A DNA stretch of 64,000 nucleotides from Escherichia coli. Lineage in GTDB: Bacteria; Pseudomonadota; Gammaproteobacteria; Enterobacterales; Enterobacteriaceae. Under the pieces are notes generated by a model. The model saw only the letters and a list, made by a program, of their open reading frames with translations, ran no database searches and was not told where the DNA came from. The translations under genes and the position numbers were made by a program. This document shows, in pieces, positions 15,314 to 28,545 of the stretch; the stretch's first letter is position 1; the number at the start of each line of letters is the position of its first letter. The stretch lies in NCBI RefSeq assembly GCF_048403405.1, contig NZ_CP183129.1; one strand, written 5' to 3'.

Positions 15314-15339
15314 TTCGCTATGTAATCATGTATATAGCG
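15314..15339 (-). promoter_or_regulatory. ModE binding site of the moa promoter
   Basis: Minus-strand sequence CGCTATATACATGATTACATAGCGAA, matching the CGCTATATA...TACAT operator pattern. Confidence 0.5.
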
Positions 15340-15476
15340 TCATGATCGTGCTATTTCGCTACAGAATAAGGGAAAATGGCGGTTTTACTTTGATATACAT
15401 CATCAGGAAGGCATAGCGTACATCGTCCTTTAGAGGTAGAAGAAAATAGTTTGTATCCTCAATATTGGCAGGTTAA

Positions 15477-16445
<969 letters not shown>

Positions 16446-16450
16446 CACGA

Positions 16451-16477
16451 AGCCGGAAGAACATTCCGGCTTTTTCA
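16451..16477 (+). terminator. Rho-independent terminator after ybhK
   Basis: Hairpin AGCCGGAA-GAACATT-CCGGCT followed by TTTTTC. Confidence 0.6.
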
Positions 16478-16482
16478 TCTTG

Positions 16483-18504
16483 TCACGACGCAGCAATGAA
16501 CAATTCACGCAGCTGATGCAACTGGTCACGAATTTGCGCCGCTTCTTCGAACTCCAGATTCTGCGCGTGTTGCATCATCAACCCTTCCAGTTCATGGATC
16601 TTCTGCTGCAACGCTTTAGGCGACATATCCATCGGCACATTATCCGGCTCAACAATCGGTCGCGATTTTCCTCTGCCCTTCGCTTTGGTTTTAGCAATGT
16701 TCTGCCCCAGCGCCAGGATATCGACCACTTTCTTGTTCAAGCCCTGCGGCGTAATACCGTGTTCCTCGTTGTACTTCTGCTGTTTCTCGCGACGACGTTC
16801 GGTTTCGCCAATCGCTTTCGCCATTGACGGGGTGATCTTATCGCCGTAGAGAATCGCTTTACCGTTAACGTTACGCGCCGCACGACCAATAGTCTGGATC
16901 AACGAACGTTCGGAACGCAGGAAGCCTTCTTTGTCAGCGTCGAGGATCGCCACCAGCGACACTTCCGGCATATCCAGACCTTCGCGCAGTAAGTTGATCC
17001 CTACCAGCACGTCGAACTCACCCAGACGCAAGTCGCGGATAATCTCCATACGCTCGACGGTGTCGATATCGGAGTGAAGATAACGCACGCGCTCGCCGTG
17101 TTCTTCGAGATATTCCGTGAGATCTTCCGCCATTCGCTTGGTCAGAGTTGTAACCAGTACGCGTTCGTTAATTGCCGCTCGCTGACGAATCTCCGAAAGA
17201 AGATCATCGACCTGTGTCGCCACCGGCCGCACTTCAATTATCGGGTCAAGCAATCCGGTTGGACGCACCACCTGATCCACCACATCGCCGCCGGATTTTT
17301 CCAGCTCGTAATTACCCGGCGTCGCCGAAACATAGATGGTTTGCGGCGCTAATGCTTCGAACTCTTCAAATTTCAGCGGACGGTTATCCAGCGCTGATGG
17401 CAGGCGGAAGCCGTACTCCACCAGCGTCTCTTTACGCGCCCGGTCACCGCGATACATGCCGCCAATTTGCGGAATGGTGACGTGTGATTCATCGACCACC
17501 AGCAGCCCATCGGCAGGCAGGTAATCAAACAGCGTCGGCGGTGGCTCACCCGGTCCACGACCGGAGAGGAAGCGCGAGTAGTTCTCAATCCCGGAACAGT
17601 AGCCCAGCTCGTTCATCATCTCCAGATCAAACTGGGTACGCTGGGTCAGCCGCTGCTCTTCAAGCAACTTGTTGTTCTCCAACAGCACTTTGCGTCTGGC
17701 GGCCAGTTCTTCTTTGATCTCTTCCATCGCCTGTACGATGCGCTCGCGCGGCGTGACGTAGTGCGTTTTCGGGTAGATGGTAAAACGTGGAATAGTGGAA
17801 ACAATCTGCCCGGTGAGCGGGTCAAATAACGACAATCGTTCCACTTCCTCGTCAAACAGCTCCACGCGAAGTGCAATGTCATCCGATTCTGCTGGGAAGA
17901 TATCAATCACCTCACCACGAACGCGGAAAGTACCACGCTGGAATGCCTGATCATTACGAGCGTATTGCAGCTCCGCCAGTCGGCGCAGGATCGCGCGCTG
18001 ATCGATAATCATGCCGACCGTGAGATGGAGCATCATCTTGAGATATAAATCAGGATCGCCCAGACCATAAATCGCGGAAACAGACGCCACCACAACCACA
18101 TCACGCCGCTCCAGCATCGCTTTGGTGGCGGACAAACGCATCTGTTCAATATGTTCGTTAACCGAGGCATCTTTCTCAATGAAGGTGTCGGAACTCGGTA
18201 CATAGGCTTCCGGCTGATAGTAGTCGTAGTAGGAGACGAAATATTCCACCGCGTTTTCCGGGAAGAACTCTTTCATTTCGCCATACAACTGGGCCGCCAG
18301 CGTTTTGTTGGGCGCAAGTACCATGGTAGGGCGCTGAAGATCAGCAATGACATTGGCAATGGTGAAGGTTTTCCCGGAGCCAGTCACGCCAAGTAACGTC
18401 TGGTGCGCCAGGCCATCTTCCAGCCCCTCTTCGAGACGTCGAATCGCCTCTGGCTGATCGCCAGAAGGTTTAAAAGCGGAATTCAGTTTGAACGGTTTAC
18501 TCAT
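16483..18504 (-). CDS. uvrB: Excinuclease ABC subunit B
   Basis: 673-aa ORF with Walker A GVTGSGKT and helicase motifs. Confidence 0.97.
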
Positions 18505-18578
18505 GAGTCGCTACCTGAAGGAGTTGGGCGGGCAGGTATGTAATTTTACTCGTCGTACTTAATTATGCCAACAAATTA

Positions 18579-18598
18579 TACTGGATAAAAAAACAGTT
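18579..18598 (-). promoter_or_regulatory. LexA box (SOS operator) of uvrB
   Basis: Minus-strand AACTGTTTTTTTATCCAGTA fits CTG-N10-CAG, upstream of uvrB. Confidence 0.65.
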
Positions 18599-19019
18599 CC
18601 TCACCATAATATTTCTGTTACAGCGTAAACTCCGCTGTCAATCATGAGCAAAATTTACTCTGTGGCGAGATAAAACTCCGGCCTTACCGGGTTATCCCCA
18701 AAGCAACGGCTTTTTTAACATTTGTCAAGATGAGTGATGACAGTTTTATGGCAAGAGATGCCTCTTCAGTGACTGCCATTGCAATTATCTAACCAGTTAA
18801 AAAATAAAAGATATTTCTTTGAGCCGTCTTTAACGCCAATTCGCGTGCAAGCCGCGTATTCTCTCGCTTGCCTCGTGTTTTCTAACTCTAATACACATGG
18901 TTATCCACAGGAATAGTGGATAACTGTCTGCAGCCCCTATCCCCCGCCGCCTGGGCAATTCCCACATACATCGCATGATGCGGAAGTAAAATTTTTTTCG
19001 TGATTATTTTAGAATTTAA

Positions 19020-19071
19020 TTGGTTAAATTGCAGTCAATCGAAGACGCGATCTCGCTCGCAATTTAACCAA
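19020..19071 (-). terminator. Large inverted repeat downstream of bioD (terminator-like)
   Basis: 13-bp arms TTGGTTAAATTGC / GCAATTTAACCAA separated by 26 nt, immediately 3' of the bioD stop. Confidence 0.35.
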
Positions 19072-19082
19072 ATACAGGATGG

Positions 19083-19760
19083 CTACAACAAGGCAAGGTT
19101 TATGTACTTTCCGGTTGCCGCATTTTCTGGATTTTCTGCAAGCCAGGGGATCTCTCCCAGCAGCGGCGCGGGAATCATGCGGGTGAGCGTGGTCATATAT
19201 TCAGCGTGACGTTTTCCCGGAGGCGTGACATCATTCGCCACCCAACCCGCCAGAGTCAGCCCGGCGTGTTGTATTGCCTGTGCCGTCAACATCGCGTGAT
19301 TAATACAGCCGAGTTTCACACCAACTACCAGTATCACCGGCAGTTGTTCCTGTGTTACCCAATCTGCAAAAGTGAAAGTGTCAGAAAGCGGCGTAAACCA
19401 GCCGCCAGCACCTTCCACTAACACCCAGTCAGCCTGTTGTTCAAGCGCGCGTAATCCGGCGCTCATTACCAATGATTCTATCGGCCTGCCCTCTTGTGCG
19501 CTGATGATGTGCGGCGAAGTGGGTTCTGCGAAGGTGTAAGGATTTACCGTTGCGTAATCCAGCTGCAGGCTGCTGTTGCGCTGTAACGCCAGCGCGTCAC
19601 TATTACGTAAGCCTTCCGGGGTCTTTTCGCTGCCAGAGGCGACCGGTTTATAACCTGCCGTCCGATAACCTGCTGCCTTCGCGGCTTGTAAAAGTGCACA
19701 ACTGGCGACAGTTTTCCCCACTTCGGTATCCGTTCCGGTGACAAAATAACGTTTACTCAC
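19083..19760 (-). CDS. bioD: Dethiobiotin synthetase BioD
   Basis: P-loop GTDTEVGKT; probable GTG start at 19760 (MSKRYF...), 225 aa; overlaps bioC end. Confidence 0.92.
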   Translation of the reverse strand: MSKRYFVTGTDTEVGKTVASCALLQAAKAAGYRTAGYKPVASGSEKTPEGLRNSDALALQRNSSLQLDYATVNPYTFAEPTSPHIISAQEGRPIESLVMSAGLRALEQQADWVLVEGAGGWFTPLSDTFTFADWVTQEQLPVILVVGVKLGCINHAMLTAQAIQHAGLTLAGWVANDVTPPGKRHAEYMTTLTRMIPAPLLGEIPWLAENPENAATGKYINLALL

Positions 19761-20508
19761 GAGCAATCACTCCCAAAAAAAGATGATACGTCAGAGGATA
19801 TCGCCCCTGTTGTTGCGGCCATGCCAGTTGCAATCGCTGCAACTGCGAACGCGTTAATATTCGTGGGTCGCGCCCTTCATGAAGATGCGTGGCACCGATG
19901 CCTTTCAGCGAACGCATAGCACTGAGCGCATCATCAAACCACAGCGTGATGGGCTGAATATGATGTTGATAATGCACTCCGTTCAGCGACTGTTCGATTT
20001 CATCTGGCGGTAAAAAGCGATTAGCATGCGGGCGCTCGTCCACCGCCTGCCACGCCTGATGTAATTCAGGGAGCGATCCCTGCACCAGCGTGGTAAACGC
20101 GACCACGCCTCCGGGGCGCACCACCCGATACAGCTCGCGAAGTGCCGTGGATAAATTACCGCACCACTGCACCGCGAGATTGCTCCATGCAAGATCGAAC
20201 GTCGCAGTCGCTAACGGCAGGGATTCGATATCTCCCGCCAGATAATGGTCTGCGGCATCTTTATGGCGTGCCTGAACAAGCATTGGCGGCGAGAGATCTA
20301 ACGCCGTCACCTGCGCGTGACGCTCTCTCCAATGGCGGCTCATCCAGCCAGGTCCACAACCCGCGTCCAGTACGTGGGTGTATTTACGCTGTGGGAGCGT
20401 TGCCAGTAAGACGTCAGCACTCTGGCGCTGTAACTCTGCGTGTTGCTCATAGTGCGCGGCTGCCCGACCAAATGCCGCTGCAATGGCTTGTTTATTAACC
20501 GTTGCCAT
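19753..20508 (-). CDS. bioC: Malonyl-ACP O-methyltransferase BioC
   Basis: Start at [11 protein letters not shown] (20508), 251 aa; SAM-MTase motif LDAGCGPG. Confidence 0.92.
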   Translation of the reverse strand: MATVNKQAIAAAFGRAAAHYEQHAELQRQSADVLLATLPQRKYTHVLDAGCGPGWMSRHWRERHAQVTALDLSPPMLVQARHKDAADHYLAGDIESLPLATATFDLAWSNLAVQWCGNLSTALRELYRVVRPGGVVAFTTLVQGSLPELHQAWQAVDERPHANRFLPPDEIEQSLNGVHYQHHIQPITLWFDDALSAMRSLKGIGATHLHEGRDPRILTRSQLQRLQLAWPQQQGRYPLTYHLFLGVIARE

Positions 20509-21649
20509 GCAGCACCTCCAGCAGACGGTCGATATCCTGCATTTCATGCGCGGCGGTTAGTGTTAAGCGCAGTCGCGCAGTACCAGCGGGTACGGTTGGC
20601 GGGCGAATCGCCGTGACCCAGCAGCCTTGCTGGCGCAGTTTTTCTGCCAGTTGTAACGCACGGCTGTTATCACCAACAATCAATGGCTGGATGGCGCTGC
20701 ATGAATCAGCAAGCGTAAACGGCAAATCCTGTACTCCGGCACGAAAACGCCTAATGAGTGCCGCCAGTTTTTCGCGCCGTGCATCACCCTCATCACTGCG
20801 AATGACCGCCAGCGATGCACGTAATGCCTGCGCCTGAGCGGGCGGCATACTGGTGCTGTAGATAAGATGGCGGGCGAATTGCAGCAGATAATCCGCCACC
20901 GTACTGGAGCAAAGCACCGCTGCCCCGCTGACGCCAAATCCTTTGCCAAAAGTCACCACCAGCAATTCTGGTTTTACCTTTTGCAACCAGCAGGTGCCGC
21001 GCCCCTGCTCCCCGATAACGCCCGTGCCGTGGGCATCATCGACCATCAACCAGCCATTGTGCTGTTGCGTTACCTGCTGGATTTCCGCCAGTGGCGCACT
21101 ATCGCCGTCCATGCTGAACACGCCTTCTGTCACCACCAGTTGCTGCCCCGGACAGGGGGAAGCAAGCAGTCGCGCCAGATGAGTAACATCGTTATGAACA
21201 AAACGGCGAAGCTGCGCCGGGCTTAAACTGGCAGCTTCCAGCAATGAGGCGTGACTCAGCCGATCGGCAACAATACGGTCCTCTTTCGCCGTCATCGCGG
21301 TAATAACTGCCTGGTTAGCGGCAAAACCAGAGATAAACAGCAGTGCCCGCGAATAGCCCAGCCACTCGGCCAGTTCTTCTTCCAGCGCCTGATGCGCCAC
21401 GCTATAACCGCTGACGTGACCGGAACCGCCGCTACCGACGCCAAATTGCTCCGCACTCTGCTTCCAGGCACGGATAATTTGCGGATGATGGCTTAAACCT
21501 AAATAATCGTTACTGGAAAAGTTCAGATACTGGCGATCGTCCGCCACCAGCCAGCGTCCGGCCCCTTGCGCCACTGGATAACGGCGACGCAGGGCATCGG
21601 CAGCACGCCGCGCATCGAGCGCCGCGTTGATTTTATCCTGCCAGCTCAT
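20495..21649 (-). CDS. bioF: 8-amino-7-oxononanoate synthase BioF
   Basis: 384-aa PLP-dependent aminotransferase class-II ORF. Confidence 0.95.
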   Translation of the reverse strand: MSWQDKINAALDARRAADALRRRYPVAQGAGRWLVADDRQYLNFSSNDYLGLSHHPQIIRAWKQSAEQFGVGSGGSGHVSGYSVAHQALEEELAEWLGYSRALLFISGFAANQAVITAMTAKEDRIVADRLSHASLLEAASLSPAQLRRFVHNDVTHLARLLASPCPGQQLVVTEGVFSMDGDSAPLAEIQQVTQQHNGWLMVDDAHGTGVIGEQGRGTCWLQKVKPELLVVTFGKGFGVSGAAVLCSSTVADYLLQFARHLIYSTSMPPAQAQALRASLAVIRSDEGDARREKLAALIRRFRAGVQDLPFTLADSCSAIQPLIVGDNSRALQLAEKLRQQGCWVTAIRPPTVPAGTARLRLTLTAAHEMQDIDRLLEVLHGNG

Positions 21650-22686
21650 AGCGCTGCCGCGTTGTAATATTCGTCAGTGTCCGGGGTCATCAGTGCCTGC
21701 TCCAGACGCTGCTGTTGTTCGTTATCCCCTGCCAGCACGGCAGTTTGCTGCGGATTTAGCCCCAGTTTGCGGAACAGTTGCAGGTCTTTATCTTCTTCCG
21801 GATTCGGCGTGGTTAGCAGTTTGCAACCGTAGAAAATCGAGTTAGCCCCGGCCATAAAGCACATCGCCTGAGTCTGTTCATTCATCTGCTCGCGTCCGGC
21901 AGAAAGGCGCACGTATGAGGTCGGCATCATGATCCGCGCTACGGCAATGGTGCGAATAAAATCAAAGGCATCGACATCATCGTTATCCGCCAGCGGTGTG
22001 CCTTTCACCTTCACCAGCATGTTGATTGGCACGCTTTCCGGCGGCGTCGGCAGGTTTGCCAGTTGCAGTAATAATCCGGCGCGATCTTTCACCGTTTCGC
22101 CTAAGCCCACAATGCCACCTGAGCAGACTTTGATCCCGGCATCGCGCACTTTTTCCAGCGTATCAAGGCGTTCCTGATAAGTGCGTGTGGTGATGATATT
22201 GCCGTAAAACTCCGGCGAGGTGTCGAGGTTGTGGTTGTAGTAATCCAGCCCGGCGTTCGCAAGGCGCTGCGCCTGAGATTCACTCAACGTACCCAGCGTC
22301 ATACACGCCTCCAGCCCCATCGCTTTTACTCCCTGCACCATTTGTTCCAGGTAGGGCATATCGCGTTCGTGGGGATTCTTCCACGCCGCGCCCATGCAGA
22401 AGCGCGTCGATCCTGCCGCTTTCGCTTTGCGCGCCGACTCCAGCACCTGTTCAACTTCCATCAACCGCTCGGCTTCCAGCCCGGTTTTGTAGCGCGAGCT
22501 TTGCGGGCAGTATTTGCAATCTTCCGGACAAGCTCCGGTCTTAATTGACAGCAAAGTGCTGACCTGCACCTGACGTGGATCGAAATGCTGACGATGCACC
22601 TGCTGCGCTTCAAACAGCAGATCCAGCAACGGTTTTTCAAATAATTCTGTGACTTGCGACAATGTCCAGCGTGGGCGGTGAGCCAT
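21646..22686 (-). CDS. bioB: Biotin synthase BioB (radical SAM)
   Basis: 346 aa with CPEDCKYC radical-SAM motif. Confidence 0.96.
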   Translation of the reverse strand: MAHRPRWTLSQVTELFEKPLLDLLFEAQQVHRQHFDPRQVQVSTLLSIKTGACPEDCKYCPQSSRYKTGLEAERLMEVEQVLESARKAKAAGSTRFCMGAAWKNPHERDMPYLEQMVQGVKAMGLEACMTLGTLSESQAQRLANAGLDYYNHNLDTSPEFYGNIITTRTYQERLDTLEKVRDAGIKVCSGGIVGLGETVKDRAGLLLQLANLPTPPESVPINMLVKVKGTPLADNDDVDAFDFIRTIAVARIMMPTSYVRLSAGREQMNEQTQAMCFMAGANSIFYGCKLLTTPNPEEDKDLQLFRKLGLNPQQTAVLAGDNEQQQRLEQALMTPDTDEYYNAAAL

Positions 22687-22724
22687 GGGGCTTCTCCAAA
22701 ACGTGTTTTTTGTTGTTAATTCGG

Positions 22725-22770
22725 TGTAGACTCGTAAACCTAAATCTTTTCAATTTGGTTTACAAGTCGA
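22725..22770. promoter_or_regulatory. bio operator (BirA binding site) between divergent bioB and bioA promoters
   Basis: Imperfect palindrome with arms GTAAACC...GGTTTAC in the bioB/bioA intergenic region. Confidence 0.6.
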
Positions 22771-22772
22771 TT

Positions 22773-24062
22773 ATGACAACGGACGATCTTGCCTTTGACC
22801 AACGCCATATCTGGCACCCATACACATCCATGACCTCCCCGCTACCGGTTTATCCGGTGGCGAGCGCCGAAGGTTGCGAGCTAATTTTGTCTGACGGCAG
22901 ACGCCTGGTTGACGGTATGTCGTCCTGGTGGGCGGCGATCCACGGCTACAATCACCCGCAGCTTAATGCGGCGATGAAGTCGCAAATTGATGCCATGTCG
23001 CATGTGATGTTTGGTGGTATCACTCATGCGCCAGCCATTGAGCTGTGCCGCAAACTGGTGGCGATGACGCCGCAACCGCTGGAATGCGTTTTTCTCGCGG
23101 ACTCCGGTTCCGTAGCGGTGGAAGTGGCGATGAAAATGGCGTTGCAGTACTGGCAGGCCAAAGGCGAAGCGCGCCAGCGTTTTCTGACCTTCCGCAATGG
23201 TTATCATGGCGATACCTTTGGCGCGATGTCTGTGTGCGATCCGGACAACTCAATGCACAGCCTGTGGAAAGGCTATCTGCCAGAAAACTTGTTTGCTCCC
23301 GCCCCGCAAAGCCGCATGGATGGTGAATGGGATGAACGCGATATGGTGGGCTTTGCCCGCCTGATGGCGGCACATCGTCATGAAATCGCCGCCGTGATCA
23401 TTGAACCGATTGTCCAGGGCGCAGGCGGGATGCGCATCTACCATCCGGAATGGTTAAAACGAATCCGCAAAATGTGCGATCGCGAAGGTATCTTGCTGAT
23501 TGCTGACGAGATCGCCACCGGATTTGGTCGTACCGGCAAACTGTTTGCCTGTGAACATGCAGATATCGCGCCGGACATTTTGTGCCTCGGTAAAGCCTTA
23601 ACCGGCGGTACAATGACCCTTTCCGCCACACTCACCACGCGCGAGGTTGCGGAAACCATCAGCAACGGCGAAGCCGGTTGCTTTATGCATGGGCCAACTT
23701 TTATGGGCAATCCGCTGGCCTGCGCAGCAGCAAACGCCAGCCTGGCGATTCTCGAATCTGGCGACTGGCAGCATCAGGTGGCGGCTATTGAAGGGCAGCT
23801 ACGCGAGCAACTTGCCCCCGCCTGTGACGCCGAAATGGTTGCCGATGTGCGCGTACTGGGGGCAATCGGCGTGGTCGAAACCACTCGTCCGGTGAATATG
23901 GCGGCGCTGCAAAAATTCTTTGTCGAACAGGGGGTATGGATCCGGCCTTTTGGCAAACTGATTTACCTGATGCCGCCCTATATTATTCTCCCGCAACAGT
24001 TGCAGCGTCTGACCGCAGCGGTTAATCGTGCGGTGCAGGATGAAACATTTTTTTGCCAATAA
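22773..24062 (+). CDS. bioA: Adenosylmethionine-8-amino-7-oxononanoate aminotransferase BioA
   Basis: ORF 22662-24062; start at [17 protein letters not shown] (22773) giving 429 aa. Confidence 0.95.
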   Translation: MTTDDLAFDQRHIWHPYTSMTSPLPVYPVASAEGCELILSDGRRLVDGMSSWWAAIHGYNHPQLNAAMKSQIDAMSHVMFGGITHAPAIELCRKLVAMTPQPLECVFLADSGSVAVEVAMKMALQYWQAKGEARQRFLTFRNGYHGDTFGAMSVCDPDNSMHSLWKGYLPENLFAPAPQSRMDGEWDERDMVGFARLMAAHRHEIAAVIIEPIVQGAGGMRIYHPEWLKRIRKMCDREGILLIADEIATGFGRTGKLFACEHADIAPDILCLGKALTGGTMTLSATLTTREVAETISNGEAGCFMHGPTFMGNPLACAAANASLAILESGDWQHQVAAIEGQLREQLAPACDAEMVADVRVLGAIGVVETTRPVNMAALQKFFVEQGVWIRPFGKLIYLMPPYIILPQQLQRLTAAVNRAVQDETFFCQ

Positions 24063-24120
24063 CGGGAAGTCAGCGTGAGGGTTTCTGGCTACACTTTCTG
24101 CAAACTAGAAAGGAGGGTTC

Positions 24121-24597
24121 ATGAAACTCATCAGTAATGATCTGCGCGATGGCGATAAGCTGCCGCATCGTCATGTCTTTAACGGCATGGGTTACGATGG
24201 CGATAATATTTCACCGCATCTGGCGTGGGATGATGTTCCTGTGGGAACGAAAAGTTTTGTTGTCACCTGCTACGACCCGGATGCGCCAACTGGCTCCGGC
24301 TGGTGGCACTGGGTAGTTGTTAATTTACCCGCGGATACCCGCGTATTACCGCAAGGGTTTGGCTCTGGTCTGGTAGCAATGCCAGACGGCGTTTTGCAGA
24401 CGCGTACCGACTTTGGTAAAACCGGGTACGATGGTGCAGCGCCGCCGAAAGGCGAAACCCATCGCTACATTTTTACCGTTCACGCGCTGGATGTAGAACG
24501 TATTGATGTCGATGAAGGTGCCAGCGGCGCGATGGTCGGGTTTAACGTCCATTTCCATTCTCTGGCAAGCGCCTCGATTACTGCGATGTTTAGTTAA
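24121..24597 (+). CDS. ybhB: PEBP-family protein YbhB
   Basis: 158-aa ORF immediately downstream of bioA. Confidence 0.9.
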   Translation: MKLISNDLRDGDKLPHRHVFNGMGYDGDNISPHLAWDDVPVGTKSFVVTCYDPDAPTGSGWWHWVVVNLPADTRVLPQGFGSGLVAMPDGVLQTRTDFGKTGYDGAAPPKGETHRYIFTVHALDVERIDVDEGASGAMVGFNVHFHSLASASITAMFS

Positions 24598-24748
24598 TCA
24601 CTCTGCCAGATGGCGCAATGCCATCTGGTATCACTTAAAGGTATTAAAAACAACTTTTTGTCTTTTTACCTTCCCGTTTCGCTCAAGTTAGTATAAAAAA
24701 GCAGGCTTCAACGGATTCATTTTTCTATTTCATAGCCCGGAGCAACCT

Positions 24749-26032
24749 GTGAACACATTTTCAGTTTCCCGTCTGGCGCTGGCATTGGCTTTTGGCGTGA
24801 CGCTGACCGCCTGTAGCTCAACACCGCCCGATCAACGTCCTTCTGATCAAACCGCGCCTGGTACCTCTTCTCGCCCGATTCTGTCGGCAAAAGAAGCGCA
24901 GAATTTCGATGCTCAACACTATTTTGCATCCCTGACACCAGGTGCGGCAGCGTGGAATCCTTCCCCGATTACCCTGCCTGCGCAACCTGACTTTGTTGTC
25001 GGCCCGGCGGGTACTCAAGGTGTAACGCATACCACGATTCAGGCGGCGGTAGATGCGGCAATTATCAAGCGCACCAACAAGCGCCAGTATATTGCCGTGA
25101 TGCCTGGTGAGTATCAGGGAACGGTGTATGTCCCTGCCGCTCCGGGTGGAATTACTCTGTACGGTACAGGTGAAAAACCGATTGATGTGAAGATTGGGCT
25201 TTCCCTTGATGGGGGCATGAGCCCTGCCGACTGGCGTCACGACGTCAACCCGCGCGGCAAATATATGCCAGGTAAACCAGCGTGGTATATGTACGATAGC
25301 TGCCAGAGCAAACGCAGCGACAGTATCGGCGTTCTCTGCTCTGCGGTCTTCTGGTCACAAAACAATGGCCTGCAACTGCAAAACCTGACCATCGAAAACA
25401 CGCTGGGCGATAGCGTAGATGCGGGTAACCATCCGGCGGTGGCACTGCGTACTGATGGCGACAAAGTGCAGATCAATAACGTCAACATTCTCGGTCGTCA
25501 GAATACCTTCTTTGTCACCAACAGTGGTGTGCAAAACCGTCTGGAAACCAACCGTCAGCCGCGTACTCTGGTGACCAACAGTTACATTGAAGGGGATGTG
25601 GATATCGTTTCTGGTCGCGGCGCAGTGGTGTTCGATAATACCGAATTCCGCGTGGTGAACTCACGTACTCAGCAAGAAGCGTATGTGTTTGCACCGGCTA
25701 CGCTGTCTAACATCTATTACGGTTTCCTCGCCGTAAACAGCCGTTTCAATGCTTCCGGTGATGGCGTGGCGCAACTGGGCCGTTCGCTGGATGTTGATGC
25801 TAATACCAACGGTCAGGTGGTGATCCGTGATAGTGCCATCAACGAAGGTTTTAACACGGCGAAACCGTGGGCCGATGCGGTGATTTCCAATCGTCCATTC
25901 GCAGGTAACACCGGCAGCGTTGACGATAGCGACGAAATACAACGCAATCTGAATGACACTAACTACAACCGCATGTGGGAATACAATAACCGCGGCGTGG
26001 GTAGTAAAGTGGTTGCAGAGGCGAAGAAGTAA
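24749..26032 (+). CDS. ybhC: Pectinesterase-like outer membrane lipoprotein YbhC
   Basis: 427 aa; lipoprotein signal peptide with lipobox LTAC. Confidence 0.9.
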   Translation: MNTFSVSRLALALAFGVTLTACSSTPPDQRPSDQTAPGTSSRPILSAKEAQNFDAQHYFASLTPGAAAWNPSPITLPAQPDFVVGPAGTQGVTHTTIQAAVDAAIIKRTNKRQYIAVMPGEYQGTVYVPAAPGGITLYGTGEKPIDVKIGLSLDGGMSPADWRHDVNPRGKYMPGKPAWYMYDSCQSKRSDSIGVLCSAVFWSQNNGLQLQNLTIENTLGDSVDAGNHPAVALRTDGDKVQINNVNILGRQNTFFVTNSGVQNRLETNRQPRTLVTNSYIEGDVDIVSGRGAVVFDNTEFRVVNSRTQQEAYVFAPATLSNIYYGFLAVNSRFNASGDGVAQLGRSLDVDANTNGQVVIRDSAINEGFNTAKPWADAVISNRPFAGNTGSVDDSDEIQRNLNDTNYNRMWEYNNRGVGSKVVAEAKK

Positions 26033-26065
26033 AAAAGAAAACCCGATAGTCTGAACCATCGGGTT
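26031..26065 (-). terminator. Terminator-like hairpin for ybhJ
   Basis: AACCCGAT...ATCGGGTT stem followed by a T-run on the minus strand. Confidence 0.5.
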
Positions 26066-26073
26066 AATGAAAC

Positions 26074-26103
26074 AGGGCGCTATATTTCATAGCGCCTTTT
26101 TTT
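26074..26103 (+). terminator. Rho-independent terminator after ybhC
   Basis: GGGCGCTAT-ATTTC-ATAGCGCC stem followed by TTTTTTT. Confidence 0.6.
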
Positions 26104-26107
26104 ACAT

Positions 26108-28387
26108 CTAACGGTTTTTATTGAAGTTAATCAAACTACCCGCCTTGATAATCTCGCGCTCTTCGGCCGTCAGGCTTTCCATGTAAAGCGTAATTTCCGT
26201 TACCGGCGCATCTTCATGGATCACATAACCCTTAAACGTCGTACCCGGATTATCCAGCGCCGCTTTAATGCCTGGGATGTAAATGTAATCACCTACGTCA
26301 AAGTTCGGTGCTTCCGCCATTTGCAGCGGTAACATCCCCCAGTTGATGACGTTAGAACGGTAGCGTTTAGTCGCGTACTCCTCGGCAATATTCGCCAGAC
26401 CGCCAATCACACGCTGACAACTCGCCGCCTGCTCACGCGCAGAACCATCGCCTGGTTTCACCGCATAGACCATGCTGCCAATTTCAGTTTGCAGCGGATC
26501 AATATGCTCCTGACCAGCAATCTGCTTAATGCGCGCAAACACCTCTGTCAGCTCGCTGACATTCCCCGCCAGACGCTGATTTTCCAGTTCAGCAGTCGCT
26601 TTACTTCTGCCAACATAACCTGGATCGCGACGTGACAGGGTAAACTCCGCCAGACCAATCGGATTTGAACGATAAGAAGAGGTTTCACCGGAAGGAATCA
26701 ATTCGTCGGTGGTGGTCACTTCGTCGAGGATCTTCGAGCACACTTTGAGGACGATATTGTCAGTCAGCGCACCCAATTCCGGCCAGTCTTTAATGTTCGG
26801 TCCGTAAATCAGCGGTTGCTGAGTTGCCCCTTTCACAAAGCCCTGATAAACACGGTTTTTATACGGCGTTACATCGAAGGCGTACTCCGGCACGTTGTCC
26901 CAGCAATCAAGTTCGCTGGCAGAGGTTAAATAGCCACCGTTTGCCGCAGTCGCAGCGATAGAACGAGCGTCCATCAACGCCACCGCTGACATCTGCCCAT
27001 TGGCTGGCTTAGAGCCTTCGCGGTTCGGGAAGTTACGCGTGGTGTGGCGAATACTCAAACCGTTGTTGATTGGCGTATCGCCCGCGCCAAAGCATGGGCC
27101 GCAGAACGCGGTTCTGATGATTGCGCCTGCGCCAATCAAATCTGCTACCACACCTTTTTTGGCGAGATCCATAAACACCGGCTGTGATGACGGGTAAACC
27201 GCTAACGAGAAGGTGTCATTGCCACAGGATTGACCGCGCAGTGCATTCGCCGCCGCGATGACGTTTTCGTAGTTACCGCCAGAACAGCCCGCGATAATCC
27301 CCTGCTGCACTTTCAGGCGACCATTTTCCACTTTATCCAGCAGCGAGAGTTTGGCTTTACCGTGCGCCACGCGTTCGGACTCAATTTCAATCTCACGCAG
27401 AATGTCGGTCAGGTTCTGGTTCAGCGTGTCGATTTCATACACGTTGCTCGGGTGAAACGGCAGCGCAATCATTGGTTTGATGGCGCTTAAATCAACGCTG
27501 ATGCAGCCATCGTAGTACGCCATCGGTTGAGGGTTAAGCTGGCAGTAATCCTGGCCGCGACCGTGCAGCGCCAGCCAGTTATGGACTTCTTCATCGGTTT
27601 GCCAGACAGAACTTAAACAGGTCGTTTCAGTGGTCATAACGTCAACGCTGTTACGGAAATCGGTAGAGAGCGCAGCAACACCGGGACCTACGAATTCCAT
27701 CACTTTGTTTTTGACGTAGCCGTTTTTGAACACGGCACCGATGATAGCCAGCGCCACATCCTGTGGCCCCACATACGGCGCTGGTTTTCCGGTCAGATGC
27801 ACCGCAACAACTCCCGGATAGTCGATATCCCAGGTGTCATTAAGCAATTGTTTTACCAACTCGCCGCCGCCCTCACCGACAGCCATTGTCCCTAATGCAC
27901 CGTAACGGGTGTGGCTGTCTGACCCGAGGATCATTTTGCCGCCGCCTGCCATCATCTCACGCATATATTGATGGATGACCGCAATATGCGGAGGCACAAA
28001 AATACCGCCATAACGCTGCGCTGCCGATAAACCAAAAACATGGTCATCACCGTTAATGGTGCCGCCGACGGCGCAAAGTGAGTTATGGCAGTTGGTCAGC
28101 ACATACGGCAGCGGGAAACGTTCCATACCGGACGCTTTAGCAGTCTGTACAATCCCAACAAAGGTAATATCGTGAGAGGCTAATGAATCAAACTTAATTT
28201 TAAGTTTATCCATATTTCCGGACGTATTATGAGAAGAGAGAATAGACCAGGCAATAGTGCCTTTTTTGGCTTCTTCTTTTTTAATTTCGCCGGTGAAATG
28301 TTCTTCGGCAATTATTTCGTTATTACTGGCGAGAAACACGCCTTTTTCAGATAACTTGATCATCAAATGCTCCAGATATCTGCGCAC
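26108..28387 (-). CDS. ybhJ: Aconitase-family putative hydratase YbhJ
   Basis: 759-aa ORF with aconitase-like domains; exact start uncertain (alternative Met at 28363). Confidence 0.85.
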   Translation of the reverse strand: MRRYLEHLMIKLSEKGVFLASNNEIIAEEHFTGEIKKEEAKKGTIAWSILSSHNTSGNMDKLKIKFDSLASHDITFVGIVQTAKASGMERFPLPYVLTNCHNSLCAVGGTINGDDHVFGLSAAQRYGGIFVPPHIAVIHQYMREMMAGGGKMILGSDSHTRYGALGTMAVGEGGGELVKQLLNDTWDIDYPGVVAVHLTGKPAPYVGPQDVALAIIGAVFKNGYVKNKVMEFVGPGVAALSTDFRNSVDVMTTETTCLSSVWQTDEEVHNWLALHGRGQDYCQLNPQPMAYYDGCISVDLSAIKPMIALPFHPSNVYEIDTLNQNLTDILREIEIESERVAHGKAKLSLLDKVENGRLKVQQGIIAGCSGGNYENVIAAANALRGQSCGNDTFSLAVYPSSQPVFMDLAKKGVVADLIGAGAIIRTAFCGPCFGAGDTPINNGLSIRHTTRNFPNREGSKPANGQMSAVALMDARSIAATAANGGYLTSASELDCWDNVPEYAFDVTPYKNRVYQGFVKGATQQPLIYGPNIKDWPELGALTDNIVLKVCSKILDEVTTTDELIPSGETSSYRSNPIGLAEFTLSRRDPGYVGRSKATAELENQRLAGNVSELTEVFARIKQIAGQEHIDPLQTEIGSMVYAVKPGDGSAREQAASCQRVIGGLANIAEEYATKRYRSNVINWGMLPLQMAEAPNFDVGDYIYIPGIKAALDNPGTTFKGYVIHEDAPVTEITLYMESLTAEEREIIKAGSLINFNKNR

Positions 28388-28432
28388 CGAGAAGTGCGCA
28401 GAAAGATAATAAATGGATATACTCTAAATAAT

Positions 28433-28545
28433 TAGAGTTGCAGGAAGGCGACTAGCGAGTGAATCCCCAGGCGCTTACATAAGTAAGTGACTGGGGTGAG
28501 CGAACGCAGACGCAGCACATGCAACTTGAAGTATGACGAGTATAT
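28433..28545. repeat. ERIC (IRU) enterobacterial repetitive intergenic consensus element
   Basis: Contains the ERIC core GTGAATCCCCAGG.GCTTACATAAGTAAGTGACTGGGGTGAGCG between ybhJ and ybhI. Confidence 0.8.
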
